Assembly: GCA_038087875.1 (NCBI GenBank)
Contig: CM075988.1
Span: forward strand, 27,840,001-27,904,000
Direction of reading: 5' to 3'
Source of the DNA: Malacoraja senta
Lineage: Eukaryota
DNA length: 64,000 nucleotides
Position 1 is the first letter of the stretch. The number at the start of each line of letters is the position of its first letter. The position numbers were made by a program, and so were the translations under genes. Shown piece by piece: positions 24,035 to 36,596 of the stretch. Under the pieces are notes generated by a model. It had not been told where the DNA came from. It worked only from the letters and a program-made list of their open reading frames with translations, and did not search any database.

Positions 24035-24760
24035 GAAGATGGACACAAAATGCAGGAGTAACTCAGCGGGACCAGCAGCATCTCTGGAGAAAAGGAATGG
24101 ATGATGTTTCGGGTCGAGACCCTTCTTCAGTCTGAAAGACGAGTCTTTTTTATTTTTATTTTTTATTTTCTTTATTAGAAGTACATTACATTACAACCAC
24201 ATACATTAGTACTCGTCATTTATATCTTCTTACAATTAATGTACTCCATTTATTTTTTACACTAGGAAAGGAAAAGATTGAAAGAAAGAAGAAAGTGAAG
24301 GAAAAAGTGAAAGTGTAGGAAATGTGACAACAAAAAAGGACGAAGACCCTATAAGAGCAAAATTAAAAACAAAAGAAAAAGAGTTAAGAAATAGACCCTA
24401 GGAAAGAAAGAGAGAGAGAAAGAGGAAAAAGAGAGAAACAAATATTTTTATGAGCATTACGTAAATGGGACATACCAACTCTTCAACTATCATCCCCCCT
24501 TACCTGACCTCAATTTTTTTTTTTTTTTTTTAAGTACAAATATGTTTGAAACATTACACCTAGAAGAGATAAGACTCCTCCTAGCAGGTAAACCAGATCA
24601 CTTCCACCTGACGTGGTCTGCATTTATAGAATTATTACAAACATAGGGTGCAAAAGTACTTGAAAGACGAGTCTTGACCCGAAACGTCATCCATTCCTTC
24701 TCTCCAGAGATGCTGCCGGTCCCACTGAGTTACTCCTGCATTTTGTGTCTATCTTCAATT
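24035..24760. mobile_element. Penelope pLTR palindrome split at its centre by an L1 insertion
   Basis: 24035-24130 is the reverse complement of about 24670-24760. Confidence 0.8.
24147..24660 (-). mobile_element. 5'-truncated, 5'-inverted L1-like insertion
   Basis: TSD tgaaagacgagtct(t) at 24133 and 24661; T-rich tail at left end; 24532-24660 is plus-oriented ORF2 end homologous to 4915-5040. Confidence 0.8.
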
Positions 24761-26161
24761 TTCTTGGCCCCGCTCTGGGAGTAGAAGTGGGGGCGGATCC
24801 GGATCCGCAACGGCCATGAGCCCCAGGCTGAGTTCGACGATCGTTTGCCTGGTTCTGCTGCTGTTGGAGGTGAGACGTTGTATCGCGCCAGGGTCTTGGG
24901 CCTGTCCCACTTTGGCCAGTGGCGCGCGAAGATTTCGTGCAGGACGAAATCCACACTCCTCCACGCCACTCCACACTCCTCCACACCACTCCATGCCCCC
25001 GTCCCCGCGCTACCCACACGCTACCCACGCGCTACCCACACGCTAGCAGGTCGCGTAAATGGCGCGCGGAAGATAGCCAAGTGGGACAGGCCCTTAAGAG
25101 TGACCATAACTTGAGATTCAATCGAAAGAGGGAAGAAAAATAACTTAGATTTTTTGAGTCAATTTACAAGATGAATCAATTTAGAAGTTGACCCCACAAC
25201 TTACCATTGGGGTATGTAACCAGCTTGAAAACTATGAAGCAGCATAAAAACTTAGCATAGCCCCCTACATCCGACTACTGAAGAATTTTGCTAATAATTT
25301 ATTATGAAACCAGTAACTTAGGGTTGGTTAACTAAGCTGATATTTTATCACTCTCCTGCATGGAAATAAAAATACTATTTTCAAAATATTAAAAATTTTG
25401 AGGTGAGTTGCTCGTCAGAGACTGAAAAGCGATGAGCAAAATTTTGAAATTGTTTCATCAGTAAATATTAATTTCACTGAAGGATTTTTCGTAATGCTAA
25501 TATGGGTGAACTGTTTATTCTTACTATTGGTATTTGTGGTGTGTTTAGATTTTCTATATTGTAACTGTGAATATATGAAAAATGTACTTCACTGTCCATA
25601 AAGTGGATTAAAATATCCTGAGGTTATTGAAGGTGTTGTACAAGTTCAACTTTTTTACCACTCTAATAATAACTGGGATTGGTGTGCATTCTGAAGGCGA
25701 AGACGAATCTTGATGAAATAATTTGATTCCAAGTACTCTTCAGAGGCAAGTGTCAGCTTCAGAAGAAGTTTTGTTTAGAATATTCATGATCTGAGTAGCA
25801 TGTAAGCACTTGAATGGAGTCAGTATATCCCCTTGGCAGCTGTTCAATGTCTTTACAGTGGCATTGATGAAACTTCCTGGTGATGCTGCATATTCAGACT
25901 CAACTTATACAACTCTAAAATTAGGAAGTGATCTCCCCTTGGCCATGTGGTCTGGTTATCGTTGATGCTGAAGTGTGGCCAATTGGAAAAGGAAGTTTGA
26001 ACAAAAAAGATTAAACTTTTTTTAAGTGTTCCAGAAATTTAATATAAAATGGAGTAGTATTTTGAATTAAATAGATATCTCCACTGGACATTATTCCCTT
26101 TTAAGAATTTAAGTGCGAACAACAAATGCATGGATAATTCCAACTTCAAAATAGTCATAGA

Positions 26162-26360
26162 TGTTGGTGACAAACATTGATGAGACAAGTTGATCAACCT
26201 TATCTAAATTAACTTATCACATGCTTGAATTCGAGAGGAATCCTACAAGGCCCAATCTTTTGTTGGTGACATACATTGATGAGACAAGTTGATCAACCTT
26301 ATCTAAATTAACTTATCACATGCTTGAATTCGAGAGGAATCCTACAAGGCCTACAATCTT
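26162..26360. repeat. Tandem duplication, 99-bp period
   Basis: tgttggtgac..cctacaaggcc repeated at 26162 and 26261, nearly identical. Confidence 0.95.
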
Positions 26361-28017
26361 TTATGAGCTCGTTCCACTGTGCTTGCTTTTTCTGTTTTGC
26401 CTGTTGATATGGTCTAGAATTTGCTGGGAGAAAGAAACAAATTCAATCCACTTGATGATATTAGTAGGTAATGAAGTTCAGAAGTTTGTGGTAAACAAGA
26501 GATAACTGACGAATCCTAGCAACCTACTGGATAAATATGTCTGCTCTATCGTCGACCTTGCTTGAACTGGAGCTAAGTCTTAACCTATTTATGAATATTA
26601 GAATAATGCTTCTGCTAGTAAAACAAATTCCCACAAAGTTTGGGCTGATAATCACTGACCTATGAACTCTTTTGGTAACAAAATTGCTCAGCTCTCCAGT
26701 TGGAAAAATAGGAAGAAATGAAACTGGTTCCTCAATCCAGCAGGCATTAAATTGATGTCAGGGGATTTGAACATTCTGAATATACACATCTTGGACCAAA
26801 TGTAGACAAGTAGGACTAGCGTAGATGGTCGGATGGACAAGTTGGGCTGAAGAGCCTGTTTCCGAGCTGTAAGACTCTGACCTTAAAAATATATTGACCA
26901 TGAAATGTTATTTTGGCTCCAAGGGTTAATTTACAAGGGGAGATGAATGCATAATTCCCTGACATTTGGCAGGTTAAAGGCTTCCCAAATCATCAAAACG
27001 TTAAGGGTAGGTGGAACTGTCTTCTCTGATTGACGTGTCACAATCTTGGGTATTTATTTCGAAAATTATTGTCAGTATAGTTTTGGATTGAAATTCAGAA
27101 ACACTCCTTCACAAAGAGTGAAAGACATTTTGAAACACTATTCCACAAAAGGCAGTTAATATCAAGCCAACTGTTAATTTTTACGTGAGATTTATCTTTG
27201 TCGATTAAATGCATAGGGAACAAAGGTGGCTTTTTGGTTTGCTAAAAGTCCTCAAGTAGAAACACAGATTTAACGTATGTAATGATTTACTTCCATTTTT
27301 GTTTTCTTTTCTGAATCCTGCCTGCCTTTCCTTCATTTAATTAATTCTCCCCAATCAAATTTGATCCAGATTTTCTCCCATTTCCTTCACTGTCATTCCT
27401 GTTTCCTCTTATTTATCAGTATCCCATATAATATCTCATCATTACCCTATTCTTATATAAAAGACAAACTGAAGGATGAAGAAAGAAGTTCAGCAAGCCA
27501 TGGTGTGCTTTGGTCCACTTCTCGCAACTCCTCAAGCATGTGTATTTATCTCTTTCTGCAGTGTTAGTCCAATTCTTTGACTTCCTCCTCAAATACATGT
27601 TAAACTTCAGTCCCTTCTGTGTTTTCTGCATGTCATCTAATAAGAGCCAACCTAGTCACAAAACCTCTGATAAAGAGAGAATTTCCAAAAAGAAAACACC
27701 AATATCATACCTGAATATGGGATTTTTTTCATGATTCATGTCAAGTTGTGTTTATTCTTTGAAGTTAATTGCTGTGATTAATTCTCAGTGAAGAAATTAA
27801 CCTGCAAAAAAATAAATGCATTATGCCAGATGTTAACTGAAATAAATTGGCATTAGACATTGCTAAGTTTCTATACAATATCACTCAGATACTACATGGT
27901 TATAAGCATTACATGAAATGTAATGACATTTAAACATTTATTTCATCATTACAGTATGAGAAAAAATCATTTGGTAAGGAGTTGATCTCCCCCCAAAAAA
28001 AGTTGTTTATGGAACTG

Positions 28018-28258
28018 CGGCACAATGGTTCAGCTGCTTGAGCTGTTCTCTCACAATGCCAGAGACCCGCATTTGATCCTGACCTCGGGCGCTGTATGTG
28101 TGGAGTTTGATCGTTCCCCTTGTGACCGCTTGGGTTGCCTCCAGGTGTCCAATTTCTCCTACAAGTCAAAGAAGTGCAGGTTTGTAGACTAATTGGCCTC
28201 TGTAAAGAGAGTGCGAAACAGGGATAACATCGAATTAGCGTGAATACATGATTAATGG
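28018..28258 (+). mobile_element. V-SINE (HE1-like), degenerate
   Basis: gccagagacccg..gatcctgacctcgggcgctg..ggagtttg V-domain. Confidence 0.8.
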
Positions 28259-28260
28259 TT

Positions 28261-29610
28261 AAGAAGGAACTGCAGATGCTGGAAAATCGAAGGTAGACAA
28301 AAATGCTGGAGAAACTCAGCGGGTGAGGCAGCAATTATGGAGCGAAAGAAATGGGCAACGTTTCGGGTCGAGACCCTTCTTCAGACTGATGTGGGGGGGG
28401 GGGCGGGAAGAAGAAAGGAAGAGGCAGAGACAGTGGGCTGAGGAAGAGCTGAGAAGGGGAGGAGAAAGCAGGGACTACCTGAAATTGGAGAAGTCAATGT
28501 TCATACCGCTGGGGTGCAAACTGCCCAAGTGAAATATGAGGTGCTGCTCCTCCAATTTATGGTGGTCCTCACTCTGGCCATGGAGGAGGCCCAGGACAGA
28601 AAGGTCGGATTCGGAATGGGAGAGGGAGTTGAAGTGCTGATCCACCGGGAGATCAGGTTGGTTATTGCGAACCGAGCAGAGGTGTTGGGCGAAGCGATCG
28701 CTAAGCCTATGCTTGGTCTCGCCGATGTAGAGCAGCTGACACGTAGAGCAGCGGATGCAATAGATGAGGTTGGAGGAGGTGCAGGTGAACCTCTGCCGCA
28801 CCTGGAAAGACTGCTTGGGTCCTTGAATGGAGTCAAGGGGGGAGGTAAAGCGACAAGTGTAGCATTTCCTGCGGTTGCAAGGGAAAGTGCAGGAGAAGGG
28901 GTGGTTTGGGTGGGAAGGGACGAATGGACCAGGGAGTTACGGAGGGAGCGGTCTCTGCGGAAAGCAGACGGGAGGAGATGGGAAGATGTGGCCAGTGGTG
29001 GGGTCACGTTGGAGGTGGCGAAAATGTCGGAGGATTATTTCTTGTATGTGACGGGTGGAAGGTGAGGACAAGGGGGACTCTGCCCTTGATACGAGTGGGG
29101 GGGATGGGGAGTGAGAGCAGAGTCACGGAGTGTAGAAGAGACCCTGCTGAGAGCCTTATCTATGGTAGAAGTGGGGAACCCCCCGTTCCCTGAAGAATGA
29201 GGGCCCCGGTGTGGAACACCTCATCCTGGGTGCAGATGCGGCGTAGACGGAGGATTTGGGAGTAGGGGATGGAGTCCTTACAGGAAGCAGGGTGGGAAGA
29301 AGTGTAGTCCAGATAGCCATGGGAGTCAGTGGGTTTATAGTGGATGTCTATCAGTGGTCTATCACCTGCGATGGAGATAGTGAGTTCTAGAAATGGTAGG
29401 GAAACGTCGGAAATGGTCCAGGTGTATTTGAGTGCCGGATGGAAGTTAGTGGTGAAATGGATGAAGTCAGTGAGTTGTGTGTGGGTGCAGGAGGTAGCAC
29501 CAATGCAGTTGTCGATGTGGCGGAGGTAGAGTTTGGGGATAGGGCCCTGGTACTCCTCGAACAAAGATTGTTCAACGTACCCTACAAAGAGGCAGGCATA
29601 ACTTGCGCCC
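28261..29610 (-). mobile_element. Penelope-like element: RT C-terminus, GIY-YIG endonuclease, 3' pLTR
   Basis: SYACLFVGYVEQSLF..LRHIDNCIG (decayed YIDD), HYKPTDSHGYLDYTSSHP..SIPYSQ, FTCTSSNLIYCIRCSTCQLLYIGETK (GIY-YIG). Confidence 0.92.
28357..28384 (-). ncRNA. Minimal hammerhead ribozyme motif in Penelope pLTR (element sense strand)
   Basis: Reverse complement CUGAAGA-A-GGGU(CUCG)ACCC-GAAA-C-GUU. Confidence 0.65.
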
Positions 29611-30070
29611 AAAAAGTAATGATGATAAAGGAAACAGGCCATTGTTAGCTGTTGTCAGGTGAAAATGAGAAGCTAGTGCGACTTGGGTGGGAGAGGGATA
29701 GAGAGAGAGAGAGAATGCCGGGCCTACTCTCCCTCCCCTACCACTTCTGGTAGCCCCGGCATTCCCTCTCTATCCCTCCCCCACCACTTCAGGTAGCCCC
29801 GGCATTCCCTCTCTCTATCCCTCCCCCACCATAACAATGGCCTGTTTCCTTTATCATTGTTACTTTTTTGCATATCTTTCATTCATTGTTCTTTATCTCT
29901 CCACATCACTGTCTATATCTCTCGTTTCCCTTATCCCTAACCAGTCTGAAGAAGGGTCTCGACCTGAAACGTCACAATTTCTTCTCTCCAGAGATGCTGC
30001 CTGTCCCGCTGAGTTACTCCAGCTTTTTGTGTCTATCTTCGATTTAATCCAGCATTTGCAGTTCCTTTTT
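29611..30070 (+). mobile_element. Rearranged and inverted Penelope pLTR segments upstream of the truncated element
   Basis: 29611-29720 is inverse to about 29750-29870; plus-strand pLTR with hammerhead-like motif at 29946-29973. Confidence 0.7.
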
Positions 30071-33000
30071 AAACATTGGTTCTTAGCTAATGTCCTGCTT
30101 CTTTTTTCAAACTCTCACACAGCTTCCTATTGTGTCCTTATTTTTCAGTGATCGTCTCCTTTATCAACCTCTCAATTCTTGTACTTTCTTTTGTAAGTGA
30201 CATCTTTCAGCTCTGTTTCCCTGATTCTGTGCCTTCTCTGACTTTGTAATCCTTATTGGCAGGATGCGGGCAATAGGGAGTATGATGAATTCTTGCCGTC
30301 TGCTTCGTTGTTTCCTAAACTAAACTGTACTGAAGGCTTTCTGGACATAAGAAATATTATACAAATGCATTGTGGAAATGAAGTTATTTTTTTAAATCTG
30401 TGCTGCTTTTGGATATGATGTTTTCAATTCCATACTGATTGACTGAGAGAAAATGTGATGTGTAGAATGGTTTTTAAATGTTACAGTTCATAATTGTGAA
30501 ATTAAAATTCTTCCTGTTTTAAATATATAACAAATTATTTCAGTCTATGGTTTTGGAGGTAAATTGTATATGTCTTCGGTTTTGGATTTATACAATTGTT
30601 TATCCTATGGGGACTTTCCTAAATGAAGTAATTATATGTAAATTTAAATAATTTATTTTGGCAATTCTAAATATGTCCAGTTGATTTCGTGTAAATAAAT
30701 TTAAAAATATATCTTTAATTGATACAGAAAGGGGAATAATTTGTTAAATATTTTGGATCTTGAGGCTTTACACAATGTGTGTGAGAGTTTGACTAAGCTG
30801 GTGAGTGTTGAGAAAATCATGCTCACTGCATAGGATTAAAACACACTGCAAAAAAAAATGCTCATCCACAATTGGGCCAACAGGAAGCTACGCTCGGAGG
30901 CTTTCACCTTACTTTGATTTTGCAGAAACAAATGTCTTTCCGTTGTTACTGGAGGGTCAGGTTTCCTGGTTATCCACTTCTACCCGTTCAGTGTAAAATA
31001 ATTGCAAGTAATTGGGAATGAAAAAAGTATTTATTCTTCAAGCTGGATATGATTTGAAGCCAAGTCGTGCAGTCACTAATGGAGTCTGACATTCTACAGC
31101 ACAGAAGAAAACAGATACCTGAAAATATACTTGTGCTGTTTCCAAGTCAGAGCATTTATGTGATCTTCAGAACACTGCTTCATCTTGAAACTGAGAGGAA
31201 ATTTTATAATGTTTCTGAAGACCTATTTTTTATATCTTCTTGTATTTATGACAGCACTAAAAATGCACATTATAGAGCTACTTGGCTACTTCTAGCTGTT
31301 GGACAGGTTAGTGTGTTGATTAATGATGTTTGAAAGAGAGAATGAGACATCAAAGTCAATTTCCTGTACGTCAGCTGTAAAACAGTGCTGCCATTTCCGT
31401 GTTTTTTCTCTCAGAAAACGACTGCCATTCAAAAATTCCAAGTAAGTTTTTAGACTGCTGTTTTCTTTTGTTGACCACACTTTGCAGTGAGTGTTTTCTT
31501 TTCTCAAGTGCCAGTTGCACAAACAGTAAAATGAATGGACAAACATTGCTAGCAGGAACGGGATAGTAAGGTGAAAAATGTATGTCTTTCCTTAATATCC
31601 TTGGTTTTATTTCATTGAATATGTAATTCAGACAAGATCTCTAATCACTTCCCAGCAAAATTAGTTCAGAAAATAATTTGGCTTAGTTGTTTTATTTTGT
31701 TTTCAATATCCACGCTTCTGTCTGCTCTTTCCTTTCTGTACAGTTTTCAACGATCAAAATTGAATGCTCCTGAGGTGCACTGCTGAGTGCTCTGGAACAT
31801 AATAATACATTAATTATTCCTTCAACAAGAATTTTTTTTTATTGTGTGTATGCATTTGTCATACCTACTGTTTTCTAACTAAACTAATTTTAAAATTTAA
31901 ATTAAATGTGTATTTATATGTTTTATCAGATTTTATTTGATTTTTAAAAAATGTGAGAAAACTATTTCACAAATTCGAAATTAGACGTCAGACAAGAAAC
32001 AGCACCCAAAGTAATTAAAATATTGATGTAATAATTTTAAGATTGTATTTCACATTTTCATAAATTTGGCTCACTATAACTGTGCATTCGGTAAACACCT
32101 GGTGATCACACTTTTGCAAAAGGTTGCAAATAAAATGGTTGCACAGTGCATTTGTTGCATTGTTGATCAGTGTCAGCTGCTGTTGTTTCCAAACTGAAAG
32201 ACTGGTTTAATTCTACCTTAACACACAATAAGTTAAAACAAACTTGCTAGCAGAGATGATCTCTTACTTCAATTTTGTATGTTAATTTTTGTGTTCGTTC
32301 TTGACACATCTCTGACGGATATTTAAACAATTCAAATAAAATACAGTCATGTGTTTACATTTCTATTTTCGTACTTGACAATTTTTTATTCACAGGGCGG
32401 TTTAAAATAAAGTGTAAATAAATATGGGAAAATTGTACATGTAATCATCTGAAAGTGAGTTTTTATTTTCTTGGTGGTCTAAATTGTTATGTTAAAAAAT
32501 GGGAAAGGAAGTCTAGTATTAGATTGAGAGGCAGAAATGGGTTCGTATTGAATGATACCCAGTAGTTACAGATGAATTTTTCAAATGTGGTTTTGAATTG
32601 GAATTCTGAGAGCCTTCCTGAGAGCTTGCAATCTGCTAGGGGAAAATGACACCTCAATTTGCTCTGGATAATCCCAACAATTTGTGCAGACTGTCTTAGA
32701 CAGTATTCCTTTTAACTCTCAGGATGGAATAAAAATCACACTAAATGACCTCCAAATCTCCCTGGAACTGTTTGAGGATCGTTTCCTATGTTAGTTATGA
32801 CAACTGTTGAATACTTCTGCAAAGCTAAACTTTAACTGTTTGCCAGCTACTTACAAAACCTTGCAGTCTTAAATATTTTCTGTGTACATGAACAGCAGTG
32901 TAATGGGTTAACCAAAATCTTTCATCTATAAATGCTATCTTGCATATCAACATGAAAGGCAAAGGGTTGGTTCACTCTTATACATTGACTTTGTTTCACT

Positions 33001-33739
33001 TTAGAATATGAACGTATACATTCATTTATTTCCCTTAATTGCCATATCTTTATCCAATTAATTAATACTCTTGTAAAGTTGGGATGGCGTTGAATTTGCA
33101 GAAATAACAATAATTTCACTGAAGTTATACTTGCAGGGTATCAGCTGTTAGTATAAATAGAAGCAAGGAATTAAGACCTGAAGTTAACAAAGTAATGTAT
33201 GTGTGGAAGTATTGATGATTTAATTTTACTGATGCGGCAGAATTTGAAAAATATATGCATACATATGAGCATACAAATTAGAAGCCAGATCAGCCATTTA
33301 ATAAGATCAGGATTCATCTGCTTGCAATCTCAATCTACCTGCATTCACTTATCATCCCCTTCTTATCTATCTATGTTATTGTTAAAATATTCAAAGACTC
33401 TGCTTCCATTTCCCTTTATGAAGGGAATTCCAAACGTTTTAAATTAAAAAGATGACTGAGCTTCTCGTATTATTTTTATATTTAATAACACGCTAGATTG
33501 TGGAGCCTTATCAACATTATGGTTAGGGTTAGTTGGTGTAACACTGGCCTGAGCACCAATTAGCAGCTTTCATGACCAGAGTTTTGTTTCATTCTCACAA
33601 TGGAATGAGACATTCTTGGATATAGAGACACAGGGTTTTTCTATGCTTTGGAAGTACAGGCCCACTACCAATTTTCCAGCAACTGGTGGTTCAGCGCTTC
33701 ATTTTATTCTGGACAAAATTACAAGAGTGCACTTGAAAT

Positions 33740-34030
33740 GCACCCCCCCCCTCCCCCCCCGGGAAGTCCCCTAAACATGTGGCATTGAGAACAGGTGAGG
33801 CGGCCGATCTTACCTCATCGGGATATCCACGGCCGATTGGCGGGTCGAATTTGCCCCTGCGGTCGGGGCTCTGGACCTCCGGCCTGGCTGGAGCCCGCAG
33901 ATCTGTTTCCATAGCCGACTTCCTGGGCCGACTTTGTGGGCCAGTATCTTGATGACCCAGGCGGACAATTCCGGTACCGTTTGACTCTTCTCGGAGGACC
34001 AGCAAAACGGATAATCCAGAAAGTTCTGGA
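33740..34030. mobile_element. GC-rich repeat fragment, unclassified
   Basis: CpG-rich block similar in style to the 12415 and 59550 elements; classification unclear. Confidence 0.4.
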
Positions 34031-34041
34031 GCCAATGGTGT

Positions 34042-34260
34042 AGGAAGGAACTGCAGAGGCTGGTTTAAACCAAAAATAGACACAAAAAGCTGGAGTAACT
34101 CAGCGGGACAGGCAGCATTTCTGGAGAGAAGGAATGGGTGACGTTTCGGGTTGAGACTCGTCAGTCTGAAGAAGGGTCTTGACGTGATTCATCACCCATT
34201 CCTTCTCTCCAGAGATGCTGCCTGCCCTCGCTGAGTTACTCCAACTTTGTGTGTCTTATT
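34042..34260. mobile_element. Penelope pLTR palindromic element
   Basis: Two inverted pLTR arms; flanked by tctgga(g/a)ccaatggtg on both sides. Confidence 0.8.
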
Positions 34261-35817
34261 TTCTGGAACCAATGGTGCTGGATTGATGGTGGACTTGCAT
34301 CTACTCTGAATATACACTAAAAGCCTAATATGTGCACATCAATGCAATTAACTAAAGTTCTTTCTAGCTATTGCAGAAATAATGTTATTATAATATAATC
34401 AAACACTTTTGTCTTAATTGCATGTACTTTAGAAGACTGCAATTGTTTTCATTAACTTTGGGGTTGGAGTGCAAGATTTGGTTATTTTTCCTGATCAGTG
34501 TGCATATGCAAAATTTTATTTGTTTTTCGCATAAAATAAAATTGTGGTGAACATTTAGAATTTAGAATGCTGATGTTCAGTGCTTCAACTGATGTATGAA
34601 AAATTGCTCCATAGAGGAGGTAACAGAGAGCTACTGGTTTCTATATTATAATCATAAAATAAGTGTTTTTTGATGAGTAGGAGGAATAACTGGGAAAGGA
34701 AACTAGTTTCCACTCCTGCAAATAGTGCTTTCACTTAAGGATAGCAACACTATGACATCATTGCCATTACTGTCCAATCATTGAAATATTAGCAGAGTAC
34801 ATAAGCATGAAATGAAACAAGTTGTCTGAAACGCCGTTTGACTAAAAGGCTCAGCTGGTTGTTACGCAATCCCAAAGAGAAAACCATAAGTGTAGTAGTA
34901 AGCATTTCATTCTCTCTCCCCCCCCCCAGTTCAGCAGAGCACCTGTTCTGTTGAGCAAGCTAGTTTGGAGTCCCTGCTGAATTATTTCAAAATGATAACA
35001 TCATAAAACACATGTTTATTAACCCTTTGAGTACTGAAGGAGGTTGATTTTCTTTGGACAGATGAAGTGGAGGATATAAAGTATTTTGCCTTAAACAATG
35101 TTGTTAGGAATCATGCATGAAGATGCTTGTTTTGATGGAGTAGGTAGTACTAACGATGCATATCTCAGCACGAGTCATTATTTTGAAGAGTGGAAGTATA
35201 AGTGTAGAAAATAGCAAGGAAAAAATAAAAGAACACCTCTGAGGTAACATGTAGTAACATCATAAATATTTTGCTGTCTATTTCAGGTATTGTTTATTTA
35301 ACATTGAATTGATTATGTATGGCAACTGGCATTTTTGGCCCACACTATGTAATGTATTGTGGTCCTCTGTACATGTGATGTGCCTGGGCATTGCTATAAG
35401 GTTCAGGCACTCCTATAGTGAAGAGGCCACGCAATCTTGGAATGGAAAGGAGGGGCTCAACAAGGGGAAAAAAAACTGTTCACTTCTCAGATGGCTGAGC
35501 ACTAAGATGGCTGTGCACTCTTGAATAAACCAGATACCTCTGAAGTAAGATGTTCCATCTGTTTTTGGATGAAGGGGTGCCCAAATCACTTCTATACCTC
35601 TTCTAGATTTCCACCTCAAATGCTACAATATCTGACTATCCATTAGAGATGTGATGCCCACATTACTCTCTCTGCTGTCACTCCAGAAAGAGATCATCTG
35701 ATCTGGGAACACTAATTGTACTAGCAGATCCTCCCGTTAACTGCTGCTTTAAGAGTTTATTTCATAGTAAGAGATGGTAGTTTTATGTTTGTGTTTCCTG
35801 CTTGACTCTTGAAATTG

Positions 35818-36596
35818 TTTCAAGGTTTCAAGGTCTCAAGGACAGTTTATTGTCACATGTATCAATTAAGGTACAGTGAAAGTTGAATTACTATACAGCC
35901 ACACTAACAAAAAAAGCAACAAGATACACAACTACATAAAAGTCAACATTAACATCCACCACAGCGGATTCCCCATGTTCCTCACTGTGATAGAAGGCAA
36001 TAAAGTCCATCTTCTTCCTCTTTTATTCTCCCGCGGTCGGGGCAGTCGGGGCAATCGCAGCTCCCGCAGACTGTGGTCAAAGACCCCCAATTGGGGCGAT
36101 CGAACCACCTCGTCGGGGCGGTCGATGCTCCTGCGGCTTGGAGTTCCCGAGGTCGGTCTCTAACCAGAGACTGCGAACTCCGCGATGTTAAAGTCCGCAG
36201 GCACGTGGGTTGGAGCCCCAAAGTCGATCCCTGACAGCTCTGTGATGTTAAGTCCACATGGTCCCGCGGTGGAGCTCTCGTAGTCGGTCTCCAGCAAAGG
36301 CCGCCAACTCCTCGATGTTAGGCCGCAGTACGTTCCGTCGAGGTAAGAGATTAGAAAATGTTTCCCCCAACTCCCCACCCCCAACATAAATCAAGTTAAA
36401 GAACACTAAAAACATACATTTAACACATACAAAAGGTAAGAGATTAGAAAATGTTTCCCCCAACTCCCCACCCCCCAACATAAATCAAGTTAAAGAACAC
36501 TAAAAACATACATTTAACACATACAAACAAACAACAAAGGAAGGGGATAGACAGACTGTTGGCGAAGGCAGTCATTGCTGGCACCTGCCGGTGGTG
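35818..36596 (-). mobile_element. Non-autonomous retroelement, same family as 12415-13070, with internal 93-bp tandem duplication (36341-36526)
   Basis: End-to-end reverse-complement homology with 12415-13070; (ttcaagg)n tail. Confidence 0.75.

Larger units (their letters stand above)
23920..25094. mobile_element. PIF/Harbinger-type MITE with nested elements
   Basis: TIR AGGGCCTGTCCCACTTGG / CCAAGTGGGACAGGCCCT; 3-bp TSD TAA at 23917-23919 and 25095-25097; extra internal TIR copy at 24898. Confidence 0.85.

Noticed and set aside
28514..29065. 183-aa plus-strand ORF (and 43272-43784 minus)
   Set aside because: Antisense shadow of the Penelope GIY-YIG region
35270..35292. YAG|GT recursive-splice-like sites (also 48140-48157)
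   Set aside because: Donor halves (GTATTG, GTAGAT) are weak and such motifs are expected by chance in 64 kb
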